Positions 44,668 to 54,725 of a stretch of 64,000 bases of DNA are shown here, piece after piece. The stretch spans positions 66,644-130,643 of IMG/VR virus record IMGVR_UViG_3300050821_001948. One strand, 5' to 3'. The DNA comes from a virus. The translations under genes were made by a program, and so were the position numbers. The notes under the pieces are model-generated. The model saw only the letters and a list, made by a program, of their open reading frames with translations, was not told the origin of the DNA and did not search any database. How positions within the stretch are numbered: the first letter of the stretch is position 1; every line of letters begins with the position of its first letter.

Positions 44668-45316
44668 GAATATCAAGTTCTCTGCTACTATCAATAATAC
44701 TAAGAGTAGCAGATTGGTTGAATTCTTTTCGGGGGACCAGAATATTTCCGTTTGGGAAAGTGAAGCTAAACTTCTGCAAGAGTTTCAACAGAAGGCGCTC
44801 CAAGATAGGGTGCGCGAAAGGGATCGTCCCCAGGAGCGCGGCAATCATCTGGTAGAGGCAATTGTTGCATCTGATAACCGTCAAGTACGTGGAGATGGGT
44901 TTATCGTCGGCCAGGGGTTAGCCGAAGGGTCCGCTCAGCGATACTTTCGACTAATCGACCAGGGTACTGATATCTTTGTTGGAAGAACCCTGTTAGGTTT
45001 CTTTTTAGATGAGGGGGGGCGCAGACTCCCTCCCCGTCCTGATGCACATGATGCCGCTAAGCTGGTTCAGTTGACTCAGGGTGGTGGTTTACGTAATACA
45101 AAAGGCCAGTTTCGAAGTCGCGCATTAAAGAGTGACGAGTCTGCTCACGAGGGAGGGCGCAATGGAGAGCTTCCACGAGGGGTGTTCTTAATTACTATCA
45201 ATAAGCCAATACAACCGTACGACTATATTCAAGTCGGTTTTAATAATTGGCTCGAAGGCGCCAAGGAGCGTATAGTCACAAAATTACGAGAAAATCTTCG
45301 CCGTAATTTTAGGTAG
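44657..45316 (+). CDS. neck/tail-completion protein (HK97 gp10-like position)
   Basis: YFRLIDQGT...QPYDY; synteny. Confidence 0.5.
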   Translation: MASKNIKFSATINNTKSSRLVEFFSGDQNISVWESEAKLLQEFQQKALQDRVRERDRPQERGNHLVEAIVASDNRQVRGDGFIVGQGLAEGSAQRYFRLIDQGTDIFVGRTLLGFFLDEGGRRLPPRPDAHDAAKLVQLTQGGGLRNTKGQFRSRALKSDESAHEGGRNGELPRGVFLITINKPIQPYDYIQVGFNNWLEGAKERIVTKLRENLRRNFR

Positions 45317-45411
45317 GTTTGTTTACGTAGGAAATTAGCCGATATAGAAGTGAGGCTAAGAGGTCTAACTATTTGGCGGCTTGCGCCGGGAAAATTGAGG
45401 AGGCGATTTCT

Positions 45412-46674
45412 TTGGCTACCAAGGCTGGCCAGCTTATTACAGTTGGAAACCAAGTTCTTATTGAGCGCGCTCAGACCGTGGGTCCGGGTACGATTAACCG
45501 TAACGCCACGAAGGTCTATGAGTGCGGTAACTACTTCGGTGTTGCTACCGTTTTCGATATTCCGGACCTGAGCTGGACGCTACAGTCATATGACGCTTCT
45601 GCGGCTACTGAGGCCCTTCTGACTAACACTACGGCTACAGCGCACGTACCGATTGATCTTGCTGCAAACATCCCGATCGATGTTCTTGGTGAGTTCAAGA
45701 AGGGCCGCACGGACTCAGCCCCCTACGATGTTTCACAGTCGATTGTTACCCCTTACCTGACTCTTGAGTCAATGTCTTACAAGTACGGTGTTTCAGCTCT
45801 TGCTGAGCAGACTGCTACCCTTAAGGGTGACTCGATCTTCTACACACCTGGTTCAGCTTACACCCAAGAATTTGTCGGAACTAACGCGATCAACCAGAGC
45901 TGTGCAGTGACACACGAGGCTTACCAGTACAATGGAGACGTTCTAACTGGAACTCGTTATGCGCTTGGCGTTTCCCTTTCAAACGGTACACGTCTTCGTT
46001 ACGGCGTGGACTACACTGAGACTGTTGGTACAGTTACTTCTGGTCACGCAACCCTTACGGTCGTTATCCTCGCGGCAGTTCCGTCTACCGAGAAGATCCG
46101 CATTTGTTACTCTTCTAACACTGTTGCGAACTATCCTCAGAGTGTTCACACGATCGACAGCATTGTTAAGCCAGCCGCTATCCGTGGTTACCAGATTGAG
46201 GTTTATGTCGGTGCGCTTCTAACTGGTAGCACTGGAGCTGACGCTGTTGACCCAAGTAAGTTGTGGATTTCCGTTCAGGCTGTTACTGCGGACTGGAAGG
46301 TGACCCTCGACAAGAATGAGGAGTTCGGAAACACTCAGGTTGTTTCTCAGGACTTTGACGTTCCGGCCGTTTCTGGAACCATTCAGATTCGTCCTCGCAA
46401 CGTAGCTGAGATGATCCAGCGTGCTCGGCAGGCTGGCGGTGTAGCAACGGCGACTGAGGTTGCGGGTGCCCTTAACACGGCTACCGTTCCGATTGTTATT
46501 CGTCTTACCTCACCGATTGATGGTTCGATTCTGAAGGATCTCTACATTCCAGACGCTCTTCTCACCGTTCCGCCAGTTTCTGGTGCAGCGAATAAGAAGT
46601 TGGAATACACCTTCCCATTCGAATCAAACCAGGGCTTCTTCTACGTTGTACCAGAGGGTCTTGTCCAGGCTTAA
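45412..46674 (+). CDS. major tail protein
   Basis: TTG start after GAGGAGG; biased codons; precedes chaperones and tape measure. Confidence 0.8.
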   Translation: MATKAGQLITVGNQVLIERAQTVGPGTINRNATKVYECGNYFGVATVFDIPDLSWTLQSYDASAATEALLTNTTATAHVPIDLAANIPIDVLGEFKKGRTDSAPYDVSQSIVTPYLTLESMSYKYGVSALAEQTATLKGDSIFYTPGSAYTQEFVGTNAINQSCAVTHEAYQYNGDVLTGTRYALGVSLSNGTRLRYGVDYTETVGTVTSGHATLTVVILAAVPSTEKIRICYSSNTVANYPQSVHTIDSIVKPAAIRGYQIEVYVGALLTGSTGADAVDPSKLWISVQAVTADWKVTLDKNEEFGNTQVVSQDFDVPAVSGTIQIRPRNVAEMIQRARQAGGVATATEVAGALNTATVPIVIRLTSPIDGSILKDLYIPDALLTVPPVSGAANKKLEYTFPFESNQGFFYVVPEGLVQA

Positions 46675-46699
46675 TCTTTGAATTGGTTTTTGCTCTACA

Positions 46700-46754
46700 A
46701 GAAAGCAGGGAATTGATTCGCCTTAATCGGCGTCTCGTCCCTGCTTTCTGTTTT
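46700..46754 (+). terminator. terminator-like hairpin after major tail gene
   Basis: AGAAAGCAGGGA...TCCCTGCTTTCT GTTTT. Confidence 0.65.
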
Positions 46755-46802
46755 ATGGGGATGATACAATGAGGTAAATGGAAAAGAAATTGGAGGATCT
46801 AA

Positions 46803-47675
46803 ATGGCTAAGGCCAAGTACAAGAAGTTAACGGATTTATATGTTCGCGGAACCGTTAAAGAGTTTGATGATGGTACCGTTATGTGGATTCAAGTTATGAA
46901 TCCGTTTGAGGCTGATGAGGCCAAGAGAAATGCTCAGGCTGTGCGTGCTAGGATTGTTGGTGCTCTAGAGTCTGGTATTTCGAATGAGATTGAAGCAATG
47001 ACCGATAATTTTCATCTTAGATCTCGCAAAGAGTCTATCGATGATATTCTGAATACCAATTATATAAAGTGGTACCAGGAGTCGGTGGACGAAATTCAGG
47101 TACACGAGGATTGGTCTGAGCGTGTAGAAATGCTCAAAAGGGCTGATAATGACACTTCCCATGTTAGCCCAGAAGAGCAAGAATATCTTGCTCAGGTAAA
47201 CAGGGAATGGGTTATAGAACTTGAGCGCCGGTTAGACGAGAAGATTTCATATGAGCGTAGTATTTGTGAAAGAATGAGCCCAGAGGATCTTCTTAAAGAG
47301 TATCGAGAACTCTACTTGCAGCGTCGGGGAACTGAACACGCTATAGCAGAGTTCAACCTTAACGAAGTTTACTTTTCTACTCGTGAATGTAATGCCCAGA
47401 AGGGTGATGAAGATAGTTCTTTCACTGTAGATTCTCATTCTAAGTGTAATCATAGTATTAGGGTGTTCGATTCAGTGGAAGAGGTCCGAGATTTACCAGT
47501 TGAACTCTTCCAGGAGTTATTGTCATCAATTGGGTCCATCGGGATGTCGGCACGTGATGCCCGTTTCTCGGACAGGCAGGAGAGTTCCTCAGCGTCGTCT
47601 CCTCTGCCAAGCGTGGTGGCGGAATCGACGCACTCTATCCGGATAGAAGTATCGGAGAGTGTCCTTGGTATTTAA
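46803..47675 (+). CDS. tail assembly chaperone (G-like)
   Basis: between major tail and tape measure. Confidence 0.75.
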   Translation: MAKAKYKKLTDLYVRGTVKEFDDGTVMWIQVMNPFEADEAKRNAQAVRARIVGALESGISNEIEAMTDNFHLRSRKESIDDILNTNYIKWYQESVDEIQVHEDWSERVEMLKRADNDTSHVSPEEQEYLAQVNREWVIELERRLDEKISYERSICERMSPEDLLKEYRELYLQRRGTEHAIAEFNLNEVYFSTRECNAQKGDEDSSFTVDSHSKCNHSIRVFDSVEEVRDLPVELFQELLSSIGSIGMSARDARFSDRQESSSASSPLPSVVAESTHSIRIEVSESVLGI

Positions 47676-47890
47676 ACGTTGCAGTTAGTCATGCTCTAAG
47701 TGTTTTAGGTTGGATGGAGCTAGGTGACGATTGCCCACCAGAAGATATTTGGCTTGACGATGAGGCGTTAGAAGCGTATTTCGGACAATTAAAGATTAAG
47801 GGAAGCGGTGGTTCAGGTTCTATCGAGGCGGTAGAAGAGGTTCCCCTAATGGATAATTTTGATCCAGTAATTGAGATGTGGAAGAGGTGA
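47558..47890 (+). CDS. tail assembly chaperone -1 frameshift extension (GT-like)
   Basis: open -1 frame with PPEDIWLDDEALEAYF, no early start codon; candidate slip site CCGTTTC 47561-47567. Confidence 0.65.
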   Translation, partial: CPFLGQAGEFLSVVSSAKRGGGIDALYPDRSIGECPWYLNVAVSHALSVLGWMELGDDCPPEDIWLDDEALEAYFGQLKIKGSGGSGSIEAVEEVPLMDNFDPVIEMWKR

Positions 47891-47893
47891 GAA

Positions 47894-50800
47894 GTGAGTA
47901 ACGAAGACTTTATTATAACAAGCGGGTTCGAACCCGGCGATACCCTTAGCGCCCTCGAAGCTATGTTCGAGAAGGCGCGGCAGATAGCAGCCTCTTCCGG
48001 CGATGGTGCCCAGCTCGGTATAATAAACGTCCTAGTCTCACAGTTGGAGACTAAACTTCGTCCTGCTATTACGGAACTCAATGAGCAACTCCATACTATA
48101 GGGGAAGGGACGGAAGTTGGCGCAGGGTTTTTATCTTCTCTGAATAAAGTAAAGGAGGAGATTAATACTTTCACTAAAGAGGTCCCCTCCCTCTTGCAGG
48201 TCCGTGACCCTGAAGTAGGAAAGAGCCTGGGAACTGCCTACACTCAGGTTTTTAATCAGATTAAGGTAGAAGCGGCAGCCACGGGAAAGTTTGCCGCTGA
48301 ACAATTAAAGCTGATTGGTAACGCGGCTAATAGTACCAGGGTAACAGCACAGCGTGCTTTTCCACTTGTTCAGACACCTACCTCTGCACGCGATACGGGA
48401 TACGTATTCCCTGCGCTTACTCCCGAACAGAAGCTTCAACAGTCCACTGGTGTAAAACAAACACAAGCTGAAGCTGAGGCCCAGAAGCGCGCCAATGCTG
48501 AACTAAAGGCGCAGCAGGAGGCTGGTAAGGAGCTATTCTCACAGGGTGTTCTGAATGGAGAATATCTTAGACTCAACCAGCAGTATGGGGTAAGTCAAGA
48601 AGGTCGCCTAGTGCGCACTGACCTTCAGCCCATATTGTCATCCCAAGATCAAGAGGCAGCTCAGAGAGCTGCTGTAACAAGATTAGCTGCCGCGCAGGCT
48701 GAGCAGGCTAAGCTCGATAATATCAATAACCCTAATCCAGGTCTTCTGAGAACCTATCTTGGTGGTGCCACGGGTAGAGGTTTTGAGGCGCCTAAGACTG
48801 ATTCGTTCGTGGGAGCCCTAGCCGGTACTGCCGGTGTTTTAACCAAGTACGCAGCGGCAGGTGCGGGTATTGGTATCGCAACCCAAGGTCTGCATGAGTT
48901 AATCTCTCAGACAGAGACTTATGAGGCAGCTCTTGTTAATCTATCGGGCGTTGAGAGTCAAGCAGGTATTGGTCAACTAAGTATCAATGGAGCTATCGCG
49001 GACGGGGCGAAGTATGGGCTAGATGCTTCTCAGGCCCTGGATGCTGGTACCGCTGGTGTAAAGAATTATAGTTCTGCCATTGCACAAGGTGCTTCAGCGC
49101 AGGATGTATTCAATGAGTCGGTAAAGCAAGCCGGAATCATTGCCACAATTACAGGCGAGGAAGTCCAGAAGGCGCAACAACAGCTTTTAGCTGTATCTAA
49201 TGCGTTCAACCTTTCGTACAGTCAGCAGGGTCAAGTTTCAGATGCGGTGCTAGCTGCATCTAGGGCGTTCAACGCCTCCCCCACTGATGTCCTATCGGGT
49301 CTTCAGTCAAGCGGTGATCTCGCGGGTGTATCTGGCTTCTCTGTGGCAAGCCTTGCTGCTACGGCGGCAGCGGCTAAGGGTCAAGGAGCAGACCCCTCTG
49401 GCCTGGGTCGCCTTCTTGCTAAAGGGGGAAGCGCCCAGTTTGAGACAGGTCTTCAGACACTGGGTGTTCAGAACACTGGAAACGTCGCCACCGAACTTCA
49501 GCAAGCTGCGGGAGCTTACGCTAAGCTAACCGATGCTGAGAAAGCCCACTTCGCGCAGACGATTGGTGGCGCGCGCTCCGGAGATCTTCTTATCTCAGTC
49601 TTGAAGTCTCAGGCGCAGATAACTGATACGGTTGCTTTTGCTAATACACATGCAGGGTTGGCACAACAGGAAGCTATAAATCAGCAGAACACACTAGGTG
49701 GTCAACTGCGGCAGTTCTCGGCTGACCTGAAGGATTTAGCTTCTGAGATTACCAACACTGGGGCATTTACCCTACTAGGGTTAACCTTTGAGTCTGTAAA
49801 GACTGGACTACAGGGAATTGATCAGGCTCTTGGTGTTTTCAACACTCTTCCGGGAACGTTGAAGGAGATAGTTGTTGGTGGAACTGAACTCCTACTTGTC
49901 CTGTCTGCCTTAAGCAGGGAGGGTGGAGAGCAGGGCGGTATTAGGGGTGGTCTATCTACTCTCGGATCATTCATTAAGGGTCAGTTAACAGCTAGTCGCG
50001 GTGTTGTTGCTACAGACGTTACTTCAGCGGAGGGTACCAAGAAGGCAACTTCTGCTACTCAAACTGTTCGCTTCACCGAGGCACTCGCTGTAGCGACAAA
50101 GGCAATTCAGGATCATACTGTTGCCGTTGTTAGCGATACAGAGAGCACCGTTCCACACACCGTAGCCGTAGACGGAGATACCGTTTCGGAAGAGGAAAAT
50201 ATAGTAGCCCAGAAGGGCGGCGCTTTAGCGCAGCTTACTGGTTCCGTTGGTGGCTTCTTGGGCGCCTCTCGTGCTAGCCTGGGTGGGGCTTCGATAGGCG
50301 GAACAGCCCTCATTGGGGGGGCGGTAGCGATCGGTGCTGCTGAGATTAACAAGGCTATCTACAATGCGGCCGGATCTCAGAGTAGGGCAATTGACTCAAT
50401 TAACAACCTTGCCGCAACAGGTATTAATGCCACAGATGCTAATTCGCTTCAGCAGTCAGCAAAAGATGCTTCAACTGCTGCATCTGCTGCAAAGCAATCC
50501 TCGGGTGGTGTTATTGGTAGTTACACCAACTTTGTTTCTGGAATTGCGGGACTTGGAACAACTGATCAGGCTGCTAAGGTAGCCCAGAATCAGGCTGATA
50601 CTGCACAAGCTCTTGCCGCGCAGCAGAAGGTTTACAACCCAACGGGACAGTTTAACTTCAATAATTCAGATGTCTTTACTGCTGGTACGCAGAATATTAA
50701 GCAGCTTGGTCTAGATCCTGCTGGAATTGTAAAGCAACAACAGGATGCGCTAGCAGCTTTTATTAAAGAGTCTTCTGAGGGTAGGTCATTCCTGGGCGCT

Positions 50801-52894
50801 GGTCAAGGAGCGTCTTTTGCTGCGAATATTGGTGCGAGGACAATTTCACAGTTCCAGGGATCTTCCGCAGAAGCAGCCCTAGGTGTATCTAAGAATGGAA
50901 ATCCTGAGCTAACCGCTGGTCAGAAATCTGATCTTGCTGCTTCTGTTACAAAAGCGACAAACGACTATATCAGTAAGAATAAGCTTGAGAATACAGATCT
51001 TTCTAAGAACCCGGAGGCACTAAAGGGTCTCAGGGACGCAACACATGCAGCACTTGAGCAGCAGCTTGCAACAGAGGGGTTTAAGAAGAGTGTCATTGCT
51101 CAACTAGCTCCTGAGTTGAGTGGGCTTGCTGCTTTTGGTGTGCAATCTGGTCGTGAAAACGTTAATCCATTTGGGGGAACAAATCTAAACCAGACCCAGG
51201 TTGGAGATATATCCAACATTGGCATAAGCTCACAGCAGTCCCTAGAGGCTCTAAATCTTCAGAAGAATACTGCAAACGCTGGTCGAAACCCTCTTGTTGA
51301 TTCAGAGGGTGCTGCACTGACCACTCAGTTGGACAACTTGAAAACCCTTAGGTCTCAGTTAGCAGCGGCCGATCCGGGTGCCGACTTAAGTGCTATTGAT
51401 GATGAGATTCAGAAGGTTAAACTAGCCCAAGGGACGGCGCTGGCAACATATGCCAAGAATGCTGCCGCCTTCCAGGCTGGTCTATTGGCTCCTAATGATG
51501 TAGCCGCCAACCTAGCCACTCAGCTAAAGGGGCTTACCACAGCGGCCCAAACAGACACCGGGCAGGCGCTCCAGCAGGATCTAGACCAAGCTGCCCAGAT
51601 TAAGTTTCAGCAGAGTTTACTTTCTAGCACCACTACGCCAATCTCGACCCTTCTGAATAAGACAGCCAGTGGTTCCGCTCCCTCCGTAGATACTCAAGCA
51701 GCGGCCCTAGCAAAGCAGGCTGGTGTAAGTGCTTCCCAACTAGCTGCCGTTTCTTCTCCTGGATCTTCTATTGGACAGGCAACCCAGACGGTCTTAGCCG
51801 CACAGGGTCAGTATAATGAGGACCTAAAGAATCAGATTACTGATCAGAATACTTTAAATAGGGATAAGGCTGCTATCGCGCAGAATCAGCTTGCTCTTGC
51901 CCAGGCTCAACAACAAGATTCCGCCGCTCAGTTAGAGGCGAGCGTCGCAATTGGGGATGTTGTTGGTCAGGCTAAGGCTCAGCAGCAGGCCCTGTTAGCT
52001 CAGGCGAACGTAACAGCAGATCCCGGTGCTGCGGCTTCCTTGCGTAGGCAAGCTGCTCAACAGGGAGCAACGGCAGCAATCGATGTTACTAACATCGCCG
52101 GTCTACAAGCCCTCGCCGCTATCCAGCCAGGAAACGACCTAGGTACCGCAAGTCAGCAACTTGCAAATGATAGGGCTAAACTGGCGACACTTAGATCTAC
52201 GACTCCAGGGGATTTGCAGGCTATAGCGCAAGCCCAGCAGTCTATTAATCAGGACATTATTTCTGTTGTAAGTGCTTATACTGCATATGCGGGTGCTGTT
52301 AATACATCGAACATCGATCAAACTAACCCGGTTGCCGTTGCCCAAGCGGCGGCAAGGACGGCCGCTCAAGCAGTTGCTAAGGATGTTTCTACGGGCGTTG
52401 GTGGCACTAAGCTTATTCAGGATCAGAATGCGGCGGCAGCAGCGGTTTCCAATGCCAGTCAGGCAGCTTTTAGTCAGCAGTTCACTGATCAACAGAATCA
52501 ATTTAATCTCCATCAGATAACAGCCTCTGCGTATATTAACTATCTTGATTCGACTAGAGATTCATTAAAGGCTCAGCTTACCGCTATGAAGGCTGGTTCC
52601 CAAGGAGCACGCCAGATTCTGGATGAGCTAACTCAGGTTAATCAGACGATTCTTTCTGTTGCCAATCAGGCATCAGGGCAGTTCAACTTGGGTAACATAA
52701 ATATCCCAACTCCTTATGAGGTGCAGCGGTCGATTGCGGCAAGTGGCGTTGGAGCAGGGTATAATGTTATGCCTATAACAAACAATACTTCTATTGTAAT
52801 CAACGGTACTGATCTAGCAGCCGTGCAGGCTATATTGTCACAGTACCTAGCTAACCCGTTGACAACGGTTACGACAGCACCTCGGAAGGTTTGA
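47894..52894 (+). CDS. tape measure protein
   Basis: 1666 aa, Ala/Gln-rich helical, synteny. Confidence 0.92.
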   Translation: MSNEDFIITSGFEPGDTLSALEAMFEKARQIAASSGDGAQLGIINVLVSQLETKLRPAITELNEQLHTIGEGTEVGAGFLSSLNKVKEEINTFTKEVPSLLQVRDPEVGKSLGTAYTQVFNQIKVEAAATGKFAAEQLKLIGNAANSTRVTAQRAFPLVQTPTSARDTGYVFPALTPEQKLQQSTGVKQTQAEAEAQKRANAELKAQQEAGKELFSQGVLNGEYLRLNQQYGVSQEGRLVRTDLQPILSSQDQEAAQRAAVTRLAAAQAEQAKLDNINNPNPGLLRTYLGGATGRGFEAPKTDSFVGALAGTAGVLTKYAAAGAGIGIATQGLHELISQTETYEAALVNLSGVESQAGIGQLSINGAIADGAKYGLDASQALDAGTAGVKNYSSAIAQGASAQDVFNESVKQAGIIATITGEEVQKAQQQLLAVSNAFNLSYSQQGQVSDAVLAASRAFNASPTDVLSGLQSSGDLAGVSGFSVASLAATAAAAKGQGADPSGLGRLLAKGGSAQFETGLQTLGVQNTGNVATELQQAAGAYAKLTDAEKAHFAQTIGGARSGDLLISVLKSQAQITDTVAFANTHAGLAQQEAINQQNTLGGQLRQFSADLKDLASEITNTGAFTLLGLTFESVKTGLQGIDQALGVFNTLPGTLKEIVVGGTELLLVLSALSREGGEQGGIRGGLSTLGSFIKGQLTASRGVVATDVTSAEGTKKATSATQTVRFTEALAVATKAIQDHTVAVVSDTESTVPHTVAVDGDTVSEEENIVAQKGGALAQLTGSVGGFLGASRASLGGASIGGTALIGGAVAIGAAEINKAIYNAAGSQSRAIDSINNLAATGINATDANSLQQSAKDASTAASAAKQSSGGVIGSYTNFVSGIAGLGTTDQAAKVAQNQADTAQALAAQQKVYNPTGQFNFNNSDVFTAGTQNIKQLGLDPAGIVKQQQDALAAFIKESSEGRSFLGAGQGASFAANIGARTISQFQGSSAEAALGVSKNGNPELTAGQKSDLAASVTKATNDYISKNKLENTDLSKNPEALKGLRDATHAALEQQLATEGFKKSVIAQLAPELSGLAAFGVQSGRENVNPFGGTNLNQTQVGDISNIGISSQQSLEALNLQKNTANAGRNPLVDSEGAALTTQLDNLKTLRSQLAAADPGADLSAIDDEIQKVKLAQGTALATYAKNAAAFQAGLLAPNDVAANLATQLKGLTTAAQTDTGQALQQDLDQAAQIKFQQSLLSSTTTPISTLLNKTASGSAPSVDTQAAALAKQAGVSASQLAAVSSPGSSIGQATQTVLAAQGQYNEDLKNQITDQNTLNRDKAAIAQNQLALAQAQQQDSAAQLEASVAIGDVVGQAKAQQQALLAQANVTADPGAAASLRRQAAQQGATAAIDVTNIAGLQALAAIQPGNDLGTASQQLANDRAKLATLRSTTPGDLQAIAQAQQSINQDIISVVSAYTAYAGAVNTSNIDQTNPVAVAQAAARTAAQAVAKDVSTGVGGTKLIQDQNAAAAAVSNASQAAFSQQFTDQQNQFNLHQITASAYINYLDSTRDSLKAQLTAMKAGSQGARQILDELTQVNQTILSVANQASGQFNLGNINIPTPYEVQRSIAASGVGAGYNVMPITNNTSIVINGTDLAAVQAILSQYLANPLTTVTTAPRKV

Positions 52895-52895
52895 T

Positions 52896-53318
52896 ATGCC
52901 ACTAGGTAGTAGTACGTCGAAGCAGGCGCGAGGTATAGCCTTGGATGCTTTTTATGGGGACGGTAGGGCTGCCGGTACACCGGCTCTAATTGACATGGCC
53001 CTCTTCGTTGGAGACCCTACTGGCGCAGGTACGGAGTTAACTTCAACAGGTGGTTATGCCCGAGTTCAATTAGGGAATAATAGTACCATCTTTCCTAACG
53101 CCCTACCTACAAACAGTTATGCTAAACTGGTAGGTATTCCGATTAGGTTCCCGGTTTCCACGGCAGCTTGGTCTGGTACTCCTGATCACTGGGCTTTCTT
53201 TGATCATGCGACTAGCGACTTACTAGATTCTGGAACAATCACGGGATCTGCAACTATTAGTGCAGCTAATCAGATTTTACGTTTTGATACCAACACGATT
53301 GAGATTACCGTAGCCTAA
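52896..53318 (+). CDS. minor tail protein
   Basis: ALF.GDP.G.G.E...GGYARV...FP..T..W. Confidence 0.7.
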   Translation: MPLGSSTSKQARGIALDAFYGDGRAAGTPALIDMALFVGDPTGAGTELTSTGGYARVQLGNNSTIFPNALPTNSYAKLVGIPIRFPVSTAAWSGTPDHWAFFDHATSDLLDSGTITGSATISAANQILRFDTNTIEITVA

Positions 53319-53319
53319 T

Positions 53320-54714
53320 ATGCCAACGACAATAGATGTAAGTGGATCGGGCGCTGAAACGCGCTCCGCTTCTGCGACTTCCGCTGTCTACAATCCACCG
53401 TCTAACGATAATGTAGCCAGTGCTACAATGATAACTTATCATCTTGCGGATATCGGGGGATCTCCTGTTACGGTTGCTTTTTCAACTATAGCTTCAAGTA
53501 GGGAATCTGGAGAGAATATTCTTGGTGGAACTGCACCTTCTGGTGGTTTGAGCCAAGGAACGATCTGGTATCGCATAGTAAACGCCTCCGTTCCGGCTGG
53601 TAACATCGTTCGCTTTGTTTCAAATGATCCTGTATTCATGGAGGTTTTCGCGCTCCCCGCAGGAGGTCCTGCTACTACGGCAGATTTTCCTTCGATGGCT
53701 CTTCGTGGTACGTCTTCCGAACCCGGAGTTGTTTACGATTCTACCCAATCTGCCATAATCCCAAATCATGGATATACCATAACTCCCGTTACTGGTGGTC
53801 CAGTATTGGCGTGGACAATCAAAGCGGGAGAACAGTATTACGTCCGGGTTCATTCATTAGGGTACTATTCGGAGCCGCTTGATGGTCACCTTACTTATGA
53901 CCTAGAGGCTCCCGTTCTTCAACTACGTTTAACGAGTTCTGTGCTTACTAGTACGCCCAACGTTCTAATTGCTTCGATTACAGGTGGTACACCTAACGCA
54001 ATTATTACCTTTGAGATAGACGGAACCCCTCAACTCGGTGACCGCCAGCTTGATTCTGACGGAGATCTTATTGGTTCACCTATTCAGGTTCCATTTATGG
54101 CATCAGGTAGTCATATTCTGTTAATGACAGATAGTACTAGTGGGTATACATCAGGAACATTGGGGACCTTTACTGTTTCGGATCAGTTTGCTTACTATGA
54201 CGATCCGCTTCCTCCGACCTTTATGCTTCCCGGAACTCCAGTTCCTGATTCTGACGGAGTGCTCCGATTCCAGCTAAATGACCCTACCACTAACACATCA
54301 TTCTCGTTCCCGATTAACCCAGCTCAGGTTTCAACGATGGCATCTCAGAGGACTATTACTTCAGGAACTACAACATCTCCGGTAGGAACTCCTATTTTAT
54401 GGGAGGGTGGTAAGCGTGGTCGAGCCGTTACTCTTACAGGTGATGTGTTAACATTAGCTCAGTTGAATGATTTAAGAAGTTGGTGTGCTAAGCCTTATAG
54501 AGTTTTCATGAGCGACGAAATTGGTCGACAATGGGTTGTAATGTTTAGATCAATAAAAGCAACGCCAGTTCACGATAATCGAAACCCGGAGCATCACACA
54601 TATATTTTAACCCTATTACTTCTCGGGAGAGTTCAGGATTTGGATATTCCAGACCCTGATTATCCAGAGTTACACCTTTATCCAGCCGAAAACCTATACC
54701 CAGTTAATCTATAA
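53320..54714 (+). CDS. minor tail protein (distal-tail-like C-terminus)
   Basis: PSND N-terminal module; FPINP...W.G C-terminal module. Confidence 0.65.
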   Translation: MPTTIDVSGSGAETRSASATSAVYNPPSNDNVASATMITYHLADIGGSPVTVAFSTIASSRESGENILGGTAPSGGLSQGTIWYRIVNASVPAGNIVRFVSNDPVFMEVFALPAGGPATTADFPSMALRGTSSEPGVVYDSTQSAIIPNHGYTITPVTGGPVLAWTIKAGEQYYVRVHSLGYYSEPLDGHLTYDLEAPVLQLRLTSSVLTSTPNVLIASITGGTPNAIITFEIDGTPQLGDRQLDSDGDLIGSPIQVPFMASGSHILLMTDSTSGYTSGTLGTFTVSDQFAYYDDPLPPTFMLPGTPVPDSDGVLRFQLNDPTTNTSFSFPINPAQVSTMASQRTITSGTTTSPVGTPILWEGGKRGRAVTLTGDVLTLAQLNDLRSWCAKPYRVFMSDEIGRQWVVMFRSIKATPVHDNRNPEHHTYILTLLLLGRVQDLDIPDPDYPELHLYPAENLYPVNL

Positions 54715-54725
54715 GAAGGAATAAT

